The notes beneath the pieces are model-generated. The model was given only the letters and a program-made list of their open reading frames with translations, made no database searches and was not told the DNA's origin. A DNA stretch of 64,000 nt from the human T2T-CHM13v2.0 reference genome, Homo sapiens, in NCBI RefSeq assembly GCF_009914755.1, contig NC_060947.1. One strand, given 5' to 3'. This document shows, in pieces, positions 1 through 19,849 of the stretch. The position numbers and the translations under genes were made by a program. Within the stretch, counting starts at the first letter, position 1. Every line of letters starts with the position of its first letter.

Positions 1-110
1 CATTTTATCTCCAGTTTTCTCAAAGTGTATGAGAAATATTCTTTGACAGGTAGACGGTGATATTACCACTTTTGGAGCCAGAGGAAAAGCACTACAATAC
101 AACTGGGTGA

Positions 111-113
111 AAA

Positions 114-152
<39 letters not shown>
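111..152 (+). repeat. (AAAT)n microsatellite
   Basis: About 10 direct copies of AAAT. Confidence 0.95.
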
Positions 153-408
153 GTGTGTGTGTATCTTTGCATACTCAAATCATTGGTAATATCTGTTGCT
201 ATTAAAATGGAAATAAAGGTCAAGTAGGAATGAGTTTTATTTAGACAAAACAGCTACCTGATTTCCCTTGGCCCCAGTACTGAGTTATTCATTGAGTCTT
301 TTATTGGGAGTCCTCTACTGCTCAATTGAAAGTTGACACAGGCTCCCAGTGAGGTAAAGGGAAGCACCTAGGTCTTGGCTGGTTAACAGGAGGTATGCTT
401 CAATGCAC

Positions 409-572
409 TTTATTATTGCTAGTGATGTAGCCACCCTTCTTTAATGGCCTCAGAATATCTTTTCACTGATAGTTTGTTTTTAAATGTGCATCATGTAGAC
501 TTTTATAAACCTGGTTTCCTAAATTTGGCAGTAAGGATCAGTCAGGTTAAAATCCTAAGAAGGTTAAAAAAG
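409..572 (-). pseudogene. FSIP2-like exon 3, disabled
   Basis: 164 nt versus 162 expected (+2 frameshift), four in-frame stops, and GG instead of AG at the acceptor (574-573). Confidence 0.8.
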
Positions 573-1200
573 CCACAAACAAGTAGATTCAAAAGCATTA
601 CAAATGTAAAAATAAACGAAGCCACACTTTTAAACATCAATTTATTTAAATGATTAGGCTGTTCACTGAAAATAAAACTTGCAAGCAGAATGGGAAGTGA
701 GAGAATACAGACAATGGGCTGATTTGGGTAAACCTAACTGCTTTCTCTCTCTCTCCTCTCCCAGGCCTGTCTTTAGGCTGGAAGTGTCCTGTGGAATCCC
801 TATCTGTGAACCCTATATTCAGTCTTCCTGTAGCCTCAACCTCAGTCCAATTCCTGAACACAGAGGTTGGGATTGACTGTTGTGAAGGAGAGGAGGAGAG
901 TGCATGTCAAGTTTCAGTAGCTGGATGGACGAAGGCACGGAAGTAGGAATCAGCAGGGTATGTGTGGGTAGGCAGAAAAGACCCCAACCTGTCAGTGAAG
1001 ACTCTTGGGTTGGAGATAAGGTTGGATGGGGCGGCTGAGGCATATCATGGGGCTTTCTGTCATTAAAATGAGGTTTAAGAATTTAAACACTTCAACTCAT
1101 TTAACTTGGTATGTAAAACTGAAGTTAACACAAAGCAAAATCATAGCAAAATGTTTCCCATTTAACAGCAAACTGAAAAGGGTAAAGAAAATCACTTAAG

Positions 1201-2103
1201 GGAGGAGCCAAGATGGCCGAATAGGAACAGCTCCGGTCTACAGCTCCCAGCGTGAGCGACGCAGAAGACGGGTGATTTCTGCATTTCCATCTGAGGTACC
1301 GGGTTCATCTCACTAGGGAGTGCCAGACAGTGGGCGCAGGCCAGTGTGTGTGCGCACCATGCGCGAGCCGAAGCAGGGCGAGGCATTGCCTCAGCTGGGA
1401 AGCGCAAGGGGTCAGGGAGTTCACTTTCCAAGTCAAAGAAAGGGGTGACGGACGCACCTGGAAAATCGGGTCACTCCCACCCGAATATTGCGCTTTTCAG
1501 ACCGGCTTAAGAAACGGCGCACCACGAGACTATATCCCACACCTGGCTCAGAGGGTCCTACGCCCACGGAACCTCGCTGATTGCTAGCACAGCAGTCTGA
1601 GATCAAACTGCAAGGCGGCAAGGAGGCTGGGGGAGGGGCGCCCGCCATTGCCCAGGCTTGCTTAGGTAAACAAAGCAGCCGGGAAGCTCGAACTGGGTGG
1701 AGCCCACCACAGCTCAAGGAGGCCTGCCTGCCTCTGTAGGCTCCACCTCTGGGGGCAGGGCACAGACAAACAAAAAGACAGCAGTAACCTCTGCAGACTT
1801 AAGTGTCCCTGTCTGACAGCTTTGAAGAGAGCAGTGGTTCTCCCAGCACGCAGCTGGAGATCTGAGAACGGGCAGACTGCCTCCTCAAGTGGGTCCCTGA
1901 CCCCTGACCCCCGAGCAGCCTAACTGGGAGGCACCCCCCAGCAGGGGCACACTGACACCTCACACGGCAGGGTATTCCAACAGACCTGCAGCTGAGGGTC
2001 CTGTCTGTTAGAAGGAAAACTAACAACCAGAAAGGACATCTACACCGAAAACCCATCTGTACATCACCATCATCAAAGACCAAAAGTAGATAAAACCACA
2101 AAG
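1201..2103 (+). promoter_or_regulatory. L1 5'UTR internal sense promoter and antisense promoter; YY1 site CAAGATGGCC 1209-1218
   Basis: CpG-rich, intact L1 5'UTR. Function is from established L1 biology. Confidence 0.85.
1433..1648 (-). CDS. L1 antisense ORF0, intact, 71 aa
   Basis: MAGAPPPASLPPCSLISDCCASNQRGSVGVGP...RHPFL*, ATG at 1648-1646. Confidence 0.85.
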   Translation of the reverse strand: MAGAPPPASLPPCSLISDCCASNQRGSVGVGPSEPGVGYSLVVRRFLSRSEKRNIRVGVTRFSRCVRHPFL

Positions 2104-3120
2104 ATGGGGAAAAAACAGAACAGAAAAACTGGAAACTCTAAAACGCAGAGCGCCTCTCCTCCTCCAAAGGAACGCAGTTCCTCACCAGCAACAGAACAAA
2201 GCTGGATGGAGAATGATTTTGATGAGCTGAGAGAAGAAGGCTTCAGACGATCAAATTACTCTGAGCTACGGGAGGACATTCAAACCAAAGGCAAAGAAGT
2301 TGAAAACTTTGAAAAAAATTTAGAAGAATGTATAACTAGAATAACCAATACAGAGAAGTGCTTAAAGGAGCTGATGGAGCTGAAAACCAAGGCTCGAGAA
2401 CTACGTGAAGAATGCAGAAGCCTCAGGAGCCAATGCGATCAACTGGAAGAAAGGGTATCAGCAATGGAAGATGAAATGAATGAAATGAAGCGAGAAGGGA
2501 AGTTTAGAGAAAAAAGAATAAAAAGAAATGAGCAAAGCCTCCAAGAAATATGGGACTATGTGAAAAGACCAAATCTACGTCTGATTGGTGTACCTGAAAG
2601 TGATGTGGAGAATGGAACCAAGTTGGAAAACACTCTGCAGGATATTATCCAGGAGAACTTCCCCAATCTAGCAAGGCAGGCCAACGTTCAGATTCAGGAA
2701 ATACAGAGAACGCCACAAAGATACTCCTCGAGAAGAGCAACTCCAAGACACATAATTGTCAGATTCACCAAAGTTGAAATGAAGGAAAAAATGTTAAGGG
2801 CAGCCAGAGAGAAAGGTCGGGTTACCCTCAAAGGAAAGCCCATCAGACTAACAGCGGATCTCTCGGCAGAAACCCTACAAGCCAGAAGAGAGTGGGGGCC
2901 AATATTCAACATTCTTAAAGAAAAGAATTTTCAACCCAGAATTTCCTATCCAGCCAAACTAAGCTTCATAAGTGAAGGAGAAATAAAATACTTTATAGAC
3001 AAGCAAATGCTGAGAGATTTTGTCACCACCAGGCCTGCCCTAAAAGAGCTCCTGAAGGAAGCACTAAACATGGAAAGGAACAACCGGTACCAGCCGCTGC
3101 AAAATCATGCCAAAATGTAA
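2104..3120 (+). CDS. L1 ORF1p, intact, 338 aa
   Basis: MGKKQNRKTGNSKTQSASPPPK...LQNHAKM, with REKG, ARR and YPAKLS motifs retained. Confidence 0.97.
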   Translation: MGKKQNRKTGNSKTQSASPPPKERSSSPATEQSWMENDFDELREEGFRRSNYSELREDIQTKGKEVENFEKNLEECITRITNTEKCLKELMELKTKARELREECRSLRSQCDQLEERVSAMEDEMNEMKREGKFREKRIKRNEQSLQEIWDYVKRPNLRLIGVPESDVENGTKLENTLQDIIQENFPNLARQANVQIQEIQRTPQRYSSRRATPRHIIVRFTKVEMKEKMLRAAREKGRVTLKGKPIRLTADLSAETLQARREWGPIFNILKEKNFQPRISYPAKLSFISEGEIKYFIDKQMLRDFVTTRPALKELLKEALNMERNNRYQPLQNHAKM

Positions 3121-3159
3121 AGACCATCGAGACTAGGAAGAAACTGCATCAACTAATGA

Positions 3160-7011
<3,852 letters not shown>

Positions 7012-7272
7012 ACAATGAGATCACTTGGACACAGGAAGGGGAATATCACACTCTGGGGACTGTGGTGGGGTCGGGGGAGGGGGGAGGGATAGCATTGGGA
7101 GATATACCTAATGCTAGATGACGAGTTAGTGGGTGCAGCGCACCAGCATGGCACATGTATACATATGTAACTAACCTGCACAATGTGCACATGTACCCTA
7201 AAACTTAGAGTATAATTAAAAAAAAAAAAAAAAAAAAGAAAATCACTTAAGCACTATTAAAACTTCGTTTAC

Positions 7273-7398
7273 CTTCTCACTTAGAACTGTAGTATAGAAT
7301 ACATTATCGCTTCCTGGGATAACAGGCAGCTTGACCCCAAGACACAGATCCAAAAGATGATATGCTCTGACCTCTGGAATGGGGTTTTCCTGCGAGCT
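7273..7398 (-). pseudogene. FSIP2-like exon 2 (126 nt, open, canonical AG/GT)
   Basis: LLDLCLGVKLPVIPGSDNVFYTT motif; phase 0-0. Confidence 0.85.
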
Positions 7399-7438
7399 CT
7401 GTCAGATGCAATTGGAAGTTTGTATTTTCTTCTGTATA

Positions 7439-7498
7439 TTGGTGCAAAAGTAATTGAAAGTAATGGCAAAACCGCAATTACTTTTGCACCAACCTAAT
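7439..7498. mobile_element. MADE1 (Hsmar1-derived MITE), internally deleted
   Basis: TTGGTGCAAAAGTAATTG (7439-7456) pairs perfectly with CAATTACTTTTGCACCAA (7475-7492). Confidence 0.9.
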
Positions 7499-7579
7499 AG
7501 AAATTATTCATTTAGTTTAGACCAAACGTATTATTACTTCCTATTAAATAGGCTAATACCTCCAAATAAACCAAAGAAC

Positions 7580-8250
7580 CATGCATTCGGGGTTGAAGGA
7601 ACCCGCCAGGCCGGCTGACAACTTGGATGTCCTCGTTTTTCTGGGTTACCAGTTCTACCTCTCGACCCCTGCCAGTGGTGGCCAGTGGCCGCCAAAGCCA
7701 CCGGCTGCCCAGAGCTAAGGGGCTGAAAGCTGAGCAGTCAAGAACCCGCCTCGTTCCCTCCCACTCGCGGAGATCTCCCTACTCGGTCTGTCCGCCTTCC
7801 GGAGACCCTCATTTGGGGCCACGAGTAGGAAGACGGACCGGCCTCCACTCACGGTGCGGCACTGCTTCTTGCCTGCATTCAGGCTGCTGGCGGCCGCCTT
7901 AGTGGCGGCGGCTTCGGCAGCCTTATAGCAGTTGCCGAGGTACAGCTCCAGAGCCAGCCTTCAGTCCCCAGGGGGCCAGACGCTGGGGTAGCAGGCGGTC
8001 CTCGTTTCTCCTCATTCACACCCTTCACGCTTTAGGTCCTGATCAGGTGTGGGCTGCCAAGATCGTGGTGGCCAGAGTAGAACGTCCTCTAGGCCACGCC
8101 CCTCACAATGCTGCCTTCTAGGCTGGAGAGCTGACGTCCTCAAGGGGCGTCACCCTCGGAGGTGGGGTGGGCAGCGGGTGAGTGGGGAGTGGTGACCGCT
8201 AAGCCTCACCAGACGCACAGGCACACGAGACTTCAGCCCCTTAGAGTCGA
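7580..8250. promoter_or_regulatory. CpG-rich island covering FSIP2-like exon 1 and its probable promoter
   Basis: Abrupt rise in GC and CpG in non-repeat DNA around exon 1. Confidence 0.7.
7853..7951 (-). pseudogene. FSIP2-like coding exon 1, start codon CTG instead of ATG
   Basis: 33 codons, open, GTGAGT donor. An in-frame TGA lies 4 codons upstream (7963-7961), so no upstream ATG can substitute. Confidence 0.85.
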
Positions 8251-8599
8251 AATTTAATATCTCTTTGAAACCAATACCCCTCATTTAAACTAAACCAAAA
8301 TATATCAAGCTTTGTCCATGGTAGCTGTGATCGTACTGATTTCTGTTCAACAAACTTCGATGAGTAATTGTGTAGTTTTTATTAGGGCCATAGGACTGAC
8401 TTTTACATCTATCTCCTTTATAGACACTGTGACCCTCCTTCCCCTAGGCATACCACCCCCAGTCCCATGTAGAACACTTGGTTTCTTCAAGGGCTCAATA
8501 CATTTCTCCTTGTCTTTCTCTTCTCTGTCTTGGGCTCATTATCTCTCTCGCCCTCCTCTTCCTCTTTCTCTCTTTCTTCTACTTATTTGTTTCTACCTT

Positions 8600-8720
8600 C
8601 TCATTCAGTCAGCCAACATTTATTGAGTGCCCACTCTATGCCAGACTCTGCTGGTTCCTGACAGTGAGTACACTGATAAAACAGTGAGTAAAACATAGTG
8701 TCTGCTGCCAAGAAGCTCAG
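8600..8720 (-). mobile_element. L2 3' fragment
   Basis: CATTCAGTCAGCCAACATTTATTGAGTGCCCACTCTATGCCAG, the L2 tail motif. Confidence 0.6.
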
Positions 8721-8778
8721 TAGAATGAAAATATATGAAGGACTGAGACTGTACCTAGTTCATGCTCTGTCTCCACGT

Positions 8779-8786
8779 TATCTATC

Positions 8787-8840
<54 letters not shown>

Positions 8841-8871
8841 GTATCTATCTATCTATCATCTATCTATCTAT
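8779..8871 (+). repeat. Compound (TATC)n/GATA tetranucleotide STR
   Basis: About 22 units with TATG and ATC interruptions. Confidence 0.95.
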
Positions 8872-9405
8872 GACACATTATAGTTAAACTTCTGAAAACT
8901 AATGACAAAGACAAAAATTCTTGAAAGCAGTCAGAGATAAAAGAAACATTATTTACAGGAGAACACCAATTTGAATGTGAATTTGAAACGATGGAGGCCC
9001 GAAGGAAGAGGTGCAGCATTTTTTAAGTGCTTTAGCATTTTCTTTTAAGAAACAAATTGTCAACTGTGAATTCTATACCTAATGAAAATATCTTTCATCA
9101 ATGAAGAAGAAATAGAGACATTCTGAGATGAAGGAAAACTAAAAATGTGTTGCTAACAAACCTATCTTAAGGAATGGCTAAAAGAAGTTATCTACGCAGA
9201 AAGGAAATGATAACAGAAGTAGGCTTAGAACTTCAGAAGGGAAAAAAAACCCATAAGAATGGATAAAAATAGGGATAAATATAATAGACTATTCTATTTT
9301 TCTTGAGTTTCTTAAATCATATTTGATGGTTGAAGCAAAAAGTATAAGAGCATCTGATGTGGTGGTGAATACATGTAAAGGAAATATTTAAGACAATTAT
9401 ATTTT

Positions 9406-9612
9406 ATTTTTCCCTTTCAAATTGTATTTTAGGTTTGGGGGCATATGTGTAGGTTTGTTACATGTGCAAATTGTGCATTGATGGGGTTTGGTGTGCAAAT
9501 AATTTTGTTACCCAGGTAGAGAGCATAGTACATGATAGGTAGTTTTTTGACCCTAACCTTCCTCTCATTCTCCACCCTCAAGTAGGCCTCAGTATCTATT
9601 TTTTCCCTCTTC
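9406..9612 (-). mobile_element. 5'-truncated L1PA/PB 3' end
   Basis: Antisense L1 3'UTR; degenerate 17-bp TSD 9389-9405 / 9613-9629. Confidence 0.75.
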
Positions 9613-10204
9613 TAAAACAATTACATTTTAGAAGTGGGAAGTGCAAAGGGACATAAATGGAAATAAGGCTTCTACACTTTATTCAAAGTGGTAAAATATT
9701 AATACCAGTAGGTTGTGGTAAACTATATATATATTTTGTAATTCCTAGAGCAACTATTAAGAAAACTATACGAAGTGATATATTCAAAACATTATAAATA
9801 AATCAAGATAAACTTCTAACAATGTTCAAGTAGCCCACAGGAAGGCAAGAAAAGGGAAATAGAGGAATGAGAAACAGGGGAAATAACAGAAAACAAATAA
9901 AATGGCAGATTTAAGCTCTAACATACCAGTAATTACTTCTCTAAGCGTAAATGGTCTAAACTCAGTAATGAAAACAGATTGGCAGAACCAATTAAAAAAT
10001 ACATGATCCAACTACATGCTATCTACAAATACTATACACTGCAAATACAATGATACATGTAAGTAGGCTGAAAATAAAAGGATGGGAAAAGATACTCAAA
10101 GCACATTTGCATTTGCAAAAGTAGGAGTGGCCATAATAATATCAGATAAAGTAGACTTTAATTGCTAGAGACAAAGAGAAACATTACTTAATGAAACAAA
10201 GATC

Positions 10205-10581
<377 letters not shown>

Positions 10582-12111
10582 TCAAAATACATGAAGCAAA
10601 AAAAAATAGAGATAACAAAAGAAATAGACAAAGTCACAATTATAATGTGGGACTTCCTAAATGCCTATCAACAGGAGACTGGACAAATAAAGTTTATGCT
10701 TCGCTCATGCCCATATAGCAGTTTAAGTTGAAAGACTTGGAGCTACGTATATTAACAACATGTATTTCAAATCATAATCTTGAGCAAAACCTACCAAGAG
10801 TTGATATAACTGTGGAATGACCTAACTTATTTGAATCATGTTAATGGATAATTATTTATGTAGTAGTAGCATAAAATCCTGCATGAAAAAGAGGAAAATA
10901 AATACAGTATAGTAGTATCTCTAGGGAGAAAGGGAGGCAAATGAAATTATGAAGGGATATGAAGGACGCTTTCACTTCATCTTTCATATTGTATTTCTTA
11001 AAACCAAGTCTGGCTCTTCTTTTATCTCTTCCTGTTTCCTGTTCTTTTCTTTCCCTTCTCATTACTTCTAGAACAATTCAAGAGGTGGGTTGGAGCAAGA
11101 TAGGTGTCCAAATAGAGGTGTAGCTCTAGATGTTGGTGCTTAACTGGGGTAAGGAGGGGAACCACAGATGAAGGCAGCCTGAAGTGGAGGCAGAGCCTGA
11201 AGAAAGTGAAAAAGTTGTTCCTTGTGGGGGTTGGTTTGGTGTAAAGAATCAGAAGCCAGGAGGAGAAAGGAAGCCATCCATGTTTAAGGGGAGCTAAGTG
11301 AGGGATGTCAGAGCCCAAGCAGATCAATGAAGGTGTTTACATCAAAGATGGTCTGGCATGGGATTCAGAGCATGAGTAGAGTGAGGGGGCTATCAATGTA
11401 TGGGACAGCATAGGATGTCAGAGTCTGTGCTAGTTACCCAGGGCTGCCATGACAAAGTACCGCAAACTGGGTAGCTTAAAACAACAGAAATGTACTGTCT
11501 CACTGTCTTGGAGGCTAGATGTCTTAAACAAGAGTGGGCAGAACCTTGCTTTTTCTCTGAAACCTGTAGGGGAGTCCTTCTTTGCCTCTTCGTAGTTTCT
11601 GGTGGTTTGCCAGCAATCTTTGGTATTCCTTGGCTTGCAATTGCATAACCCCAATCTCTGCCTTCATTGTCAGATGGAATTCTTCTGGTGTGTCTTGGTC
11701 TTCTCCTGGCTGCCGGCTTAAAAAGACACAAGTTATATTGAATCAGGGACCCATCTTGGTCCAGTATGACCTCATTTTAACTTAACTAATTACATTTGCA
11801 ATGACCTTATTTTTAAATGAGATGACATTCTGAGATACTGGGGGTGCGAACTTCAACATTTCCTTTTCTGGAGGGCACAGCTCAACACATCACAATCTGT
11901 TCTTTGCCCCGCCTCCCCAAATTAATGTTCTTCCCACCTGCAAAATACATTCACCCCATTTTAATACTCACAAAAGTCTTAACGCATTCCAGCATCAACG
12001 TTATGTTCAAAATCTCATCTAATTCAGGGATGGGTAAAGTTTGGGCCATGGTCCATCCTGAGGTAAAATTCCCCTCCAGCTGTAAATCTGTAAAACCCAG
12101 AAAACAAGTTA

Positions 12112-15531
<3,420 letters not shown>

Positions 15532-15875
15532 AATATAGCAGGTCCAAATGGCTCAGTTATCTGCATGTATCGCTTTCCCAGTCATTCTTCCTTCATTTTG
15601 TCCTTTTCAGTTTCTTTTAGTCCAGGCTGGTTGTGTTTCTGAGGTATAAAATTCTAAAAAAATTTTGTTGGCTTCCCCTGCAATTCATGGAGGTCCAAGC
15701 CAACAGAAAAGAGGGTACTTTATAGATCTTTACTGTATAACTGCATCTCAATTCCTGGCTTCTGCTAGATGGTTGATTGGATCCATAAGTCACAATTATG
15801 GATATCTGTAAGTCATAATATCTTTATCAATGGTTGTTCTGCCATACTTTTAGTCTTCTCTCCAGAACACAGCTT

Positions 15876-16214
<339 letters not shown>

Positions 16215-16863
16215 TAGGTTGAGAATATTACAAATCTTCAAGTTCTGGTTCCTTTATGCTTAACAATTTGCTCCTTAATTTATCTATTTCCTTTCTCATC
16301 TTACTCTAAGAATCAAGGCAGAAACAGGATGCATGTTACACACTTTCCTTGGAAATTTCCTTCTTTAAATAAACAAGCTCATCTCTTGCAAGTTCTACTT
16401 CCTTCCCAACAGTAGAAGACAATTCAGCCGAATCCTTTGACATTTTATAATGAAGATCACCTTTCTTCCAATGCCCAATACCAGGAAGCTCACCAAAAGT
16501 ACCTTTAACATTTACATTTCAAGCAATGTTCACTTTAAGGCAATCTAGGCTGCTTCTGTAATGAGCCTCAAAATGTTTCCAGCCTCTGCCCATTACCCAA
16601 TTACAAAGCTAGTTTCATAATTGTAGGTATTTGTTACAGCAAGGATCCCATTTCCCAATACCAAAATCTCTATTAGTTTTCTAGGGCTGCCAAAATAAAC
16701 TACCACAAACTGGGTGCTTAAAACAATAGAAATTTATTGTCTCACAGTTCTGGAGGGTAGAAATCTAAAATCAAGGTGTTGATAGTGTGGAGTCCTAACT
16801 AGGGAAAAAATAGTTGGGATGGTGGGACTGAGAGAAAAAAAAAGAAAAGTTATGTCTGCCTTT

Positions 16864-17171
16864 TTTTTCTTTTTGTTTCTTTTTTCTTTTTTTTTTTTTT
16901 GAGATGGAGTCTTGTTCTCTTGTCCAGGCTGGCATGATCTCGACTCACTGCAACCTCTGCCTTCCGGGTTCAAGCAATTCTCCTGTCTCAACCTCCCAAG
17001 TAGCTGTGACTACAGGTGCATGTCACCACGCCCAGCTGATTTTTGTATTTTAGTAGAGATGGGATTTCACCATATTGATCAGGCTGGTCTCGAACTCCTC
17101 ACCTCAGGTTATCCACTTGCCTCGGCCTCCCAAAGTACTGGGATTACAGACATGAGCCACCGCACCCAGGC
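16864..17171 (-). mobile_element. AluS inside the ERV 5'LTR
   Basis: TSD TATGTC(T/C)GCCTTT at 16851-16863 and 17172-17184; absent from the 3'LTR. Confidence 0.9.
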
Positions 17172-17543
17172 TATGTCCGCCTTTCTTCATAGTCCAGGAC
17201 ACACAGCCCGCTTGCACAAATAACTCACAATCTTCCTGTGTCCAGCTATTACCAGACCCCCAGGTAACAGAAAAATGCAAGTTAGTTTCCAGTACTGATA
17301 ACCTTGGCATTATCAGTACTGCACAAAGCCCTCATCAGGACACAGCACAAGTATCATACTATAAAATCCCCAGCAAGCCTTTGTCTATGGCAGTCAGCTC
17401 CTCTCTTGCTAACTTGCCCATTGCAGTCTTGCATTGTGTTTTTGTACTTTAGTAAGTCATCTTTTCTTTACTTACAACTATCTTGGTTAATTCTTATCTG
17501 CATGCCACCGGCCCCAGATAGTCGCTGCTCACCTGCAACATTT

Positions 17544-17561
17544 TGGTGGCCTGTACAGGAA
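17544..17561 (+). other. Retroviral primer-binding site, tRNA-Ile-like
   Basis: TGGTGGCCTGTACAGGAA versus the recalled Ile PBS TGGTGGCCCGTACGGGGA; two of the three differences are at CpG positions. Confidence 0.7.
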
Positions 17562-18405
17562 CTCCTCTCTCTGTGCAGGAGCTTTCTCTCTCCTTACAGG
17601 GAACCCTCTCCCCTCTCAATTTTTCTTTCCCAACTCGGGACCCTTGGTGGACAGCATCTAAGCGTGGAGACAACTGTAGGTCTCTGGCTGGGGCTACACT
17701 CCAGCGGGACTGAAAGGTGTCTGTGTGGGAAGCATCTGAGCGCCATGCTCATTTGGGTGAGTGAGGGACCTGAGTTAGTTTTCTCTGTTCAGTGTCGCAG
17801 CAGCCAGCTTCTAGTATCCCTCTGGCAATTGATGGTAACTGGCTAGGGCCACTCTCCAGTGTTGACTGAAGGCCAGAGAGTGAACAGGGCTGGCTGCCTT
17901 GCCTGGAAGGAAGACTGTCTCTCTTACCTTTTTTAGTCTAAAGTCCCTAATTCCTGTGTGTGACTTAGCTGACAGCAGAAGTTCATTCAGAGTGAATTCA
18001 CACATGTTTTGGGTGACTCAGACCATGTTTCTTACTCTGAATTCTCTGGTGGAGTCAGCCAGCCATCCTGTTCTGAACGTTGCTCAACCAGGTGATCTCC
18101 GCCTCAGAGAGGCGAGTCTCCCTTACCTGCCCCTCTCCTGGGCCAGCACCAAATGGAGTTCTTCCTTTACCCTTTTTCCTCGTACCTGGGCTGCTCACCC
18201 AGCGTAAGTGAGTACCTGGACTGGCCATCCAGTGTAAGACCCCCGAGTGGCTGAGAGGTCTTTTGTAATAGCTGGGACGCCCCTTTAGAAAGTGCACCTG
18301 AGTCCCTCAGCAGACATGAGTGGGACCTTTTTTTTATCTTGGCGGGATGCCCCAAGAGAAAGCGTGGTTCAATTAGCCCCAAATGGCTCATTTTCCAGTC
18401 CCACT

Positions 18406-18870
18406 ATGGGACAAACTCCGTCAATTCCTTCAGACTCACCTCTAGGCTGCATTCTAAAACATTGGGATAAATTTCACCCTCAAACTCTCAAAAAGAAACA
18501 TCTAATTTTTTCGTGTGATACAGCATGGCCCCTATGCAAGAAATTCTCAAATTAGCCTCCTCAGTATTTTATAACCAAGAACAGCAGAAGGACAGGTCTA
18601 AGGAGAGAGAAAAATGCAGGGACAAAAAGGCTGCTTTACAAGCCCCAGCCCCCTCCAGGTTGTCCTAAGGACACTCCTCCAGATAACTGCCATCAGTGCA
18701 GAAGGCCAGGCCACTAAAAGGCAAAGTGCCCCAATGGGATAAATGGGAAAACCCCTGCATGGCTTGTCCCCTCTGCCACAAACTCGGCCAGTAGAAACAG
18801 GACTGCCCTGAGAACCAAAGCCTCCCCTGCCCCCCAGGACAGTATCCCAACCCCTGATGGCTTTAAGCTG
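18406..18870 (+). pseudogene. Internally deleted gag remnant (MA start joined to NC with two zinc knuckles)
   Basis: [42 protein letters not shown], then CHQCRRPGH*KAKCP and CPLCHKLGQ*KQDCP. Confidence 0.85.
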
Positions 18871-19849
18871 AAGGGGCTCTCTGCTCCAGCTGAAAATAGC
18901 TCAACTTAACTGGTGACTTGCAGAGGTGGGAGGAATTTGTCCTACACTGTGTAAATCTGGGGTGCTAAGGCTCTCCTTGATGGGAAATAAACAAGGGTGG
19001 GAGGGGTGCTGGCCTCACACCATACAGTGGCTGGAAGGCTCACAAGTCCTTCTGTAAAGATTAACCTTTCTCTTTCCATTCCTTTCGTTTTTTCTCTTTT
19101 TCTGTTCAATCCAAATGTCCAGCCTCAAAAGGAAAAGGCAGTTTCTAACATCCTAACCCTTGATTTTGTTATTCTCTTAAAAACCCCAGCTGATTACATA
19201 TTATGGCCCATTTTTGTGCACATTTTAAATTGATGGGCAAATTACAAGAAAAATTCAGAGCTCAAATGGTTAACCTGTACTAAGAGTTAAGTCAAGTCTT
19301 CTAAAGCTATCTGTCTTCCTCTCTTTTTTTCTGCCTGCTTTAAATCTGCCATTACTAAGCTGCTGGTGCTAAGACTCATTATTTATGGTCTAACTGGAAT
19401 GTAAACACTGGAAACTCATTTAAAGTTAAAAGAAAAAGGGTAAAACAAGTTTTATTAAACCAAACAACCTAGAATTTTTAACCTCCCTTAAAGTTGATAG
19501 AAATAAGTCCAGCACCTCTCTTACACCTTATTCTTAAAGCTGACTCTTTATTCTATTCTACTGCAAGCTCTCAGTAGTGATCCAACTGCCTCTCTTGAGC
19601 AGCTTCGCCCTCTTGATATTAATACTTTTATAAGGAAGGTAGCATATGATTGCTATTTGGAGGGGGATCTCCAAGACTACTGCCCAGATGAAATTTCTTT
19701 ATATTTGTCCTGGTAATGTTATTTACCCACACACCATAACATCAATATCCTAAGGTAGTAGGTATTTTTTTTAACATTTTGTTTTCTTATACTCTTTACA
19801 GCCCTTCTTCTTTCCTGTCTCCCTGAGTTTCCCACATATTGTTATTTTC

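Noticed and set aside
1-400. Search for FSIP2-like exon 4 (VVCTLRELN-like)
   Set aside because: No convincing match; it is probably beyond the window edge or decayed.
7439-7498. miR-548-family microRNA gene
   Set aside because: The MADE1 has lost part of one arm, leaving only an 18-bp stem; no expression evidence.
7627-7902. 91-aa plus-strand ORF in the CpG island
   Set aside because: A GC-rich chance ORF antisense to FSIP2-like exon 1 and intron 1.
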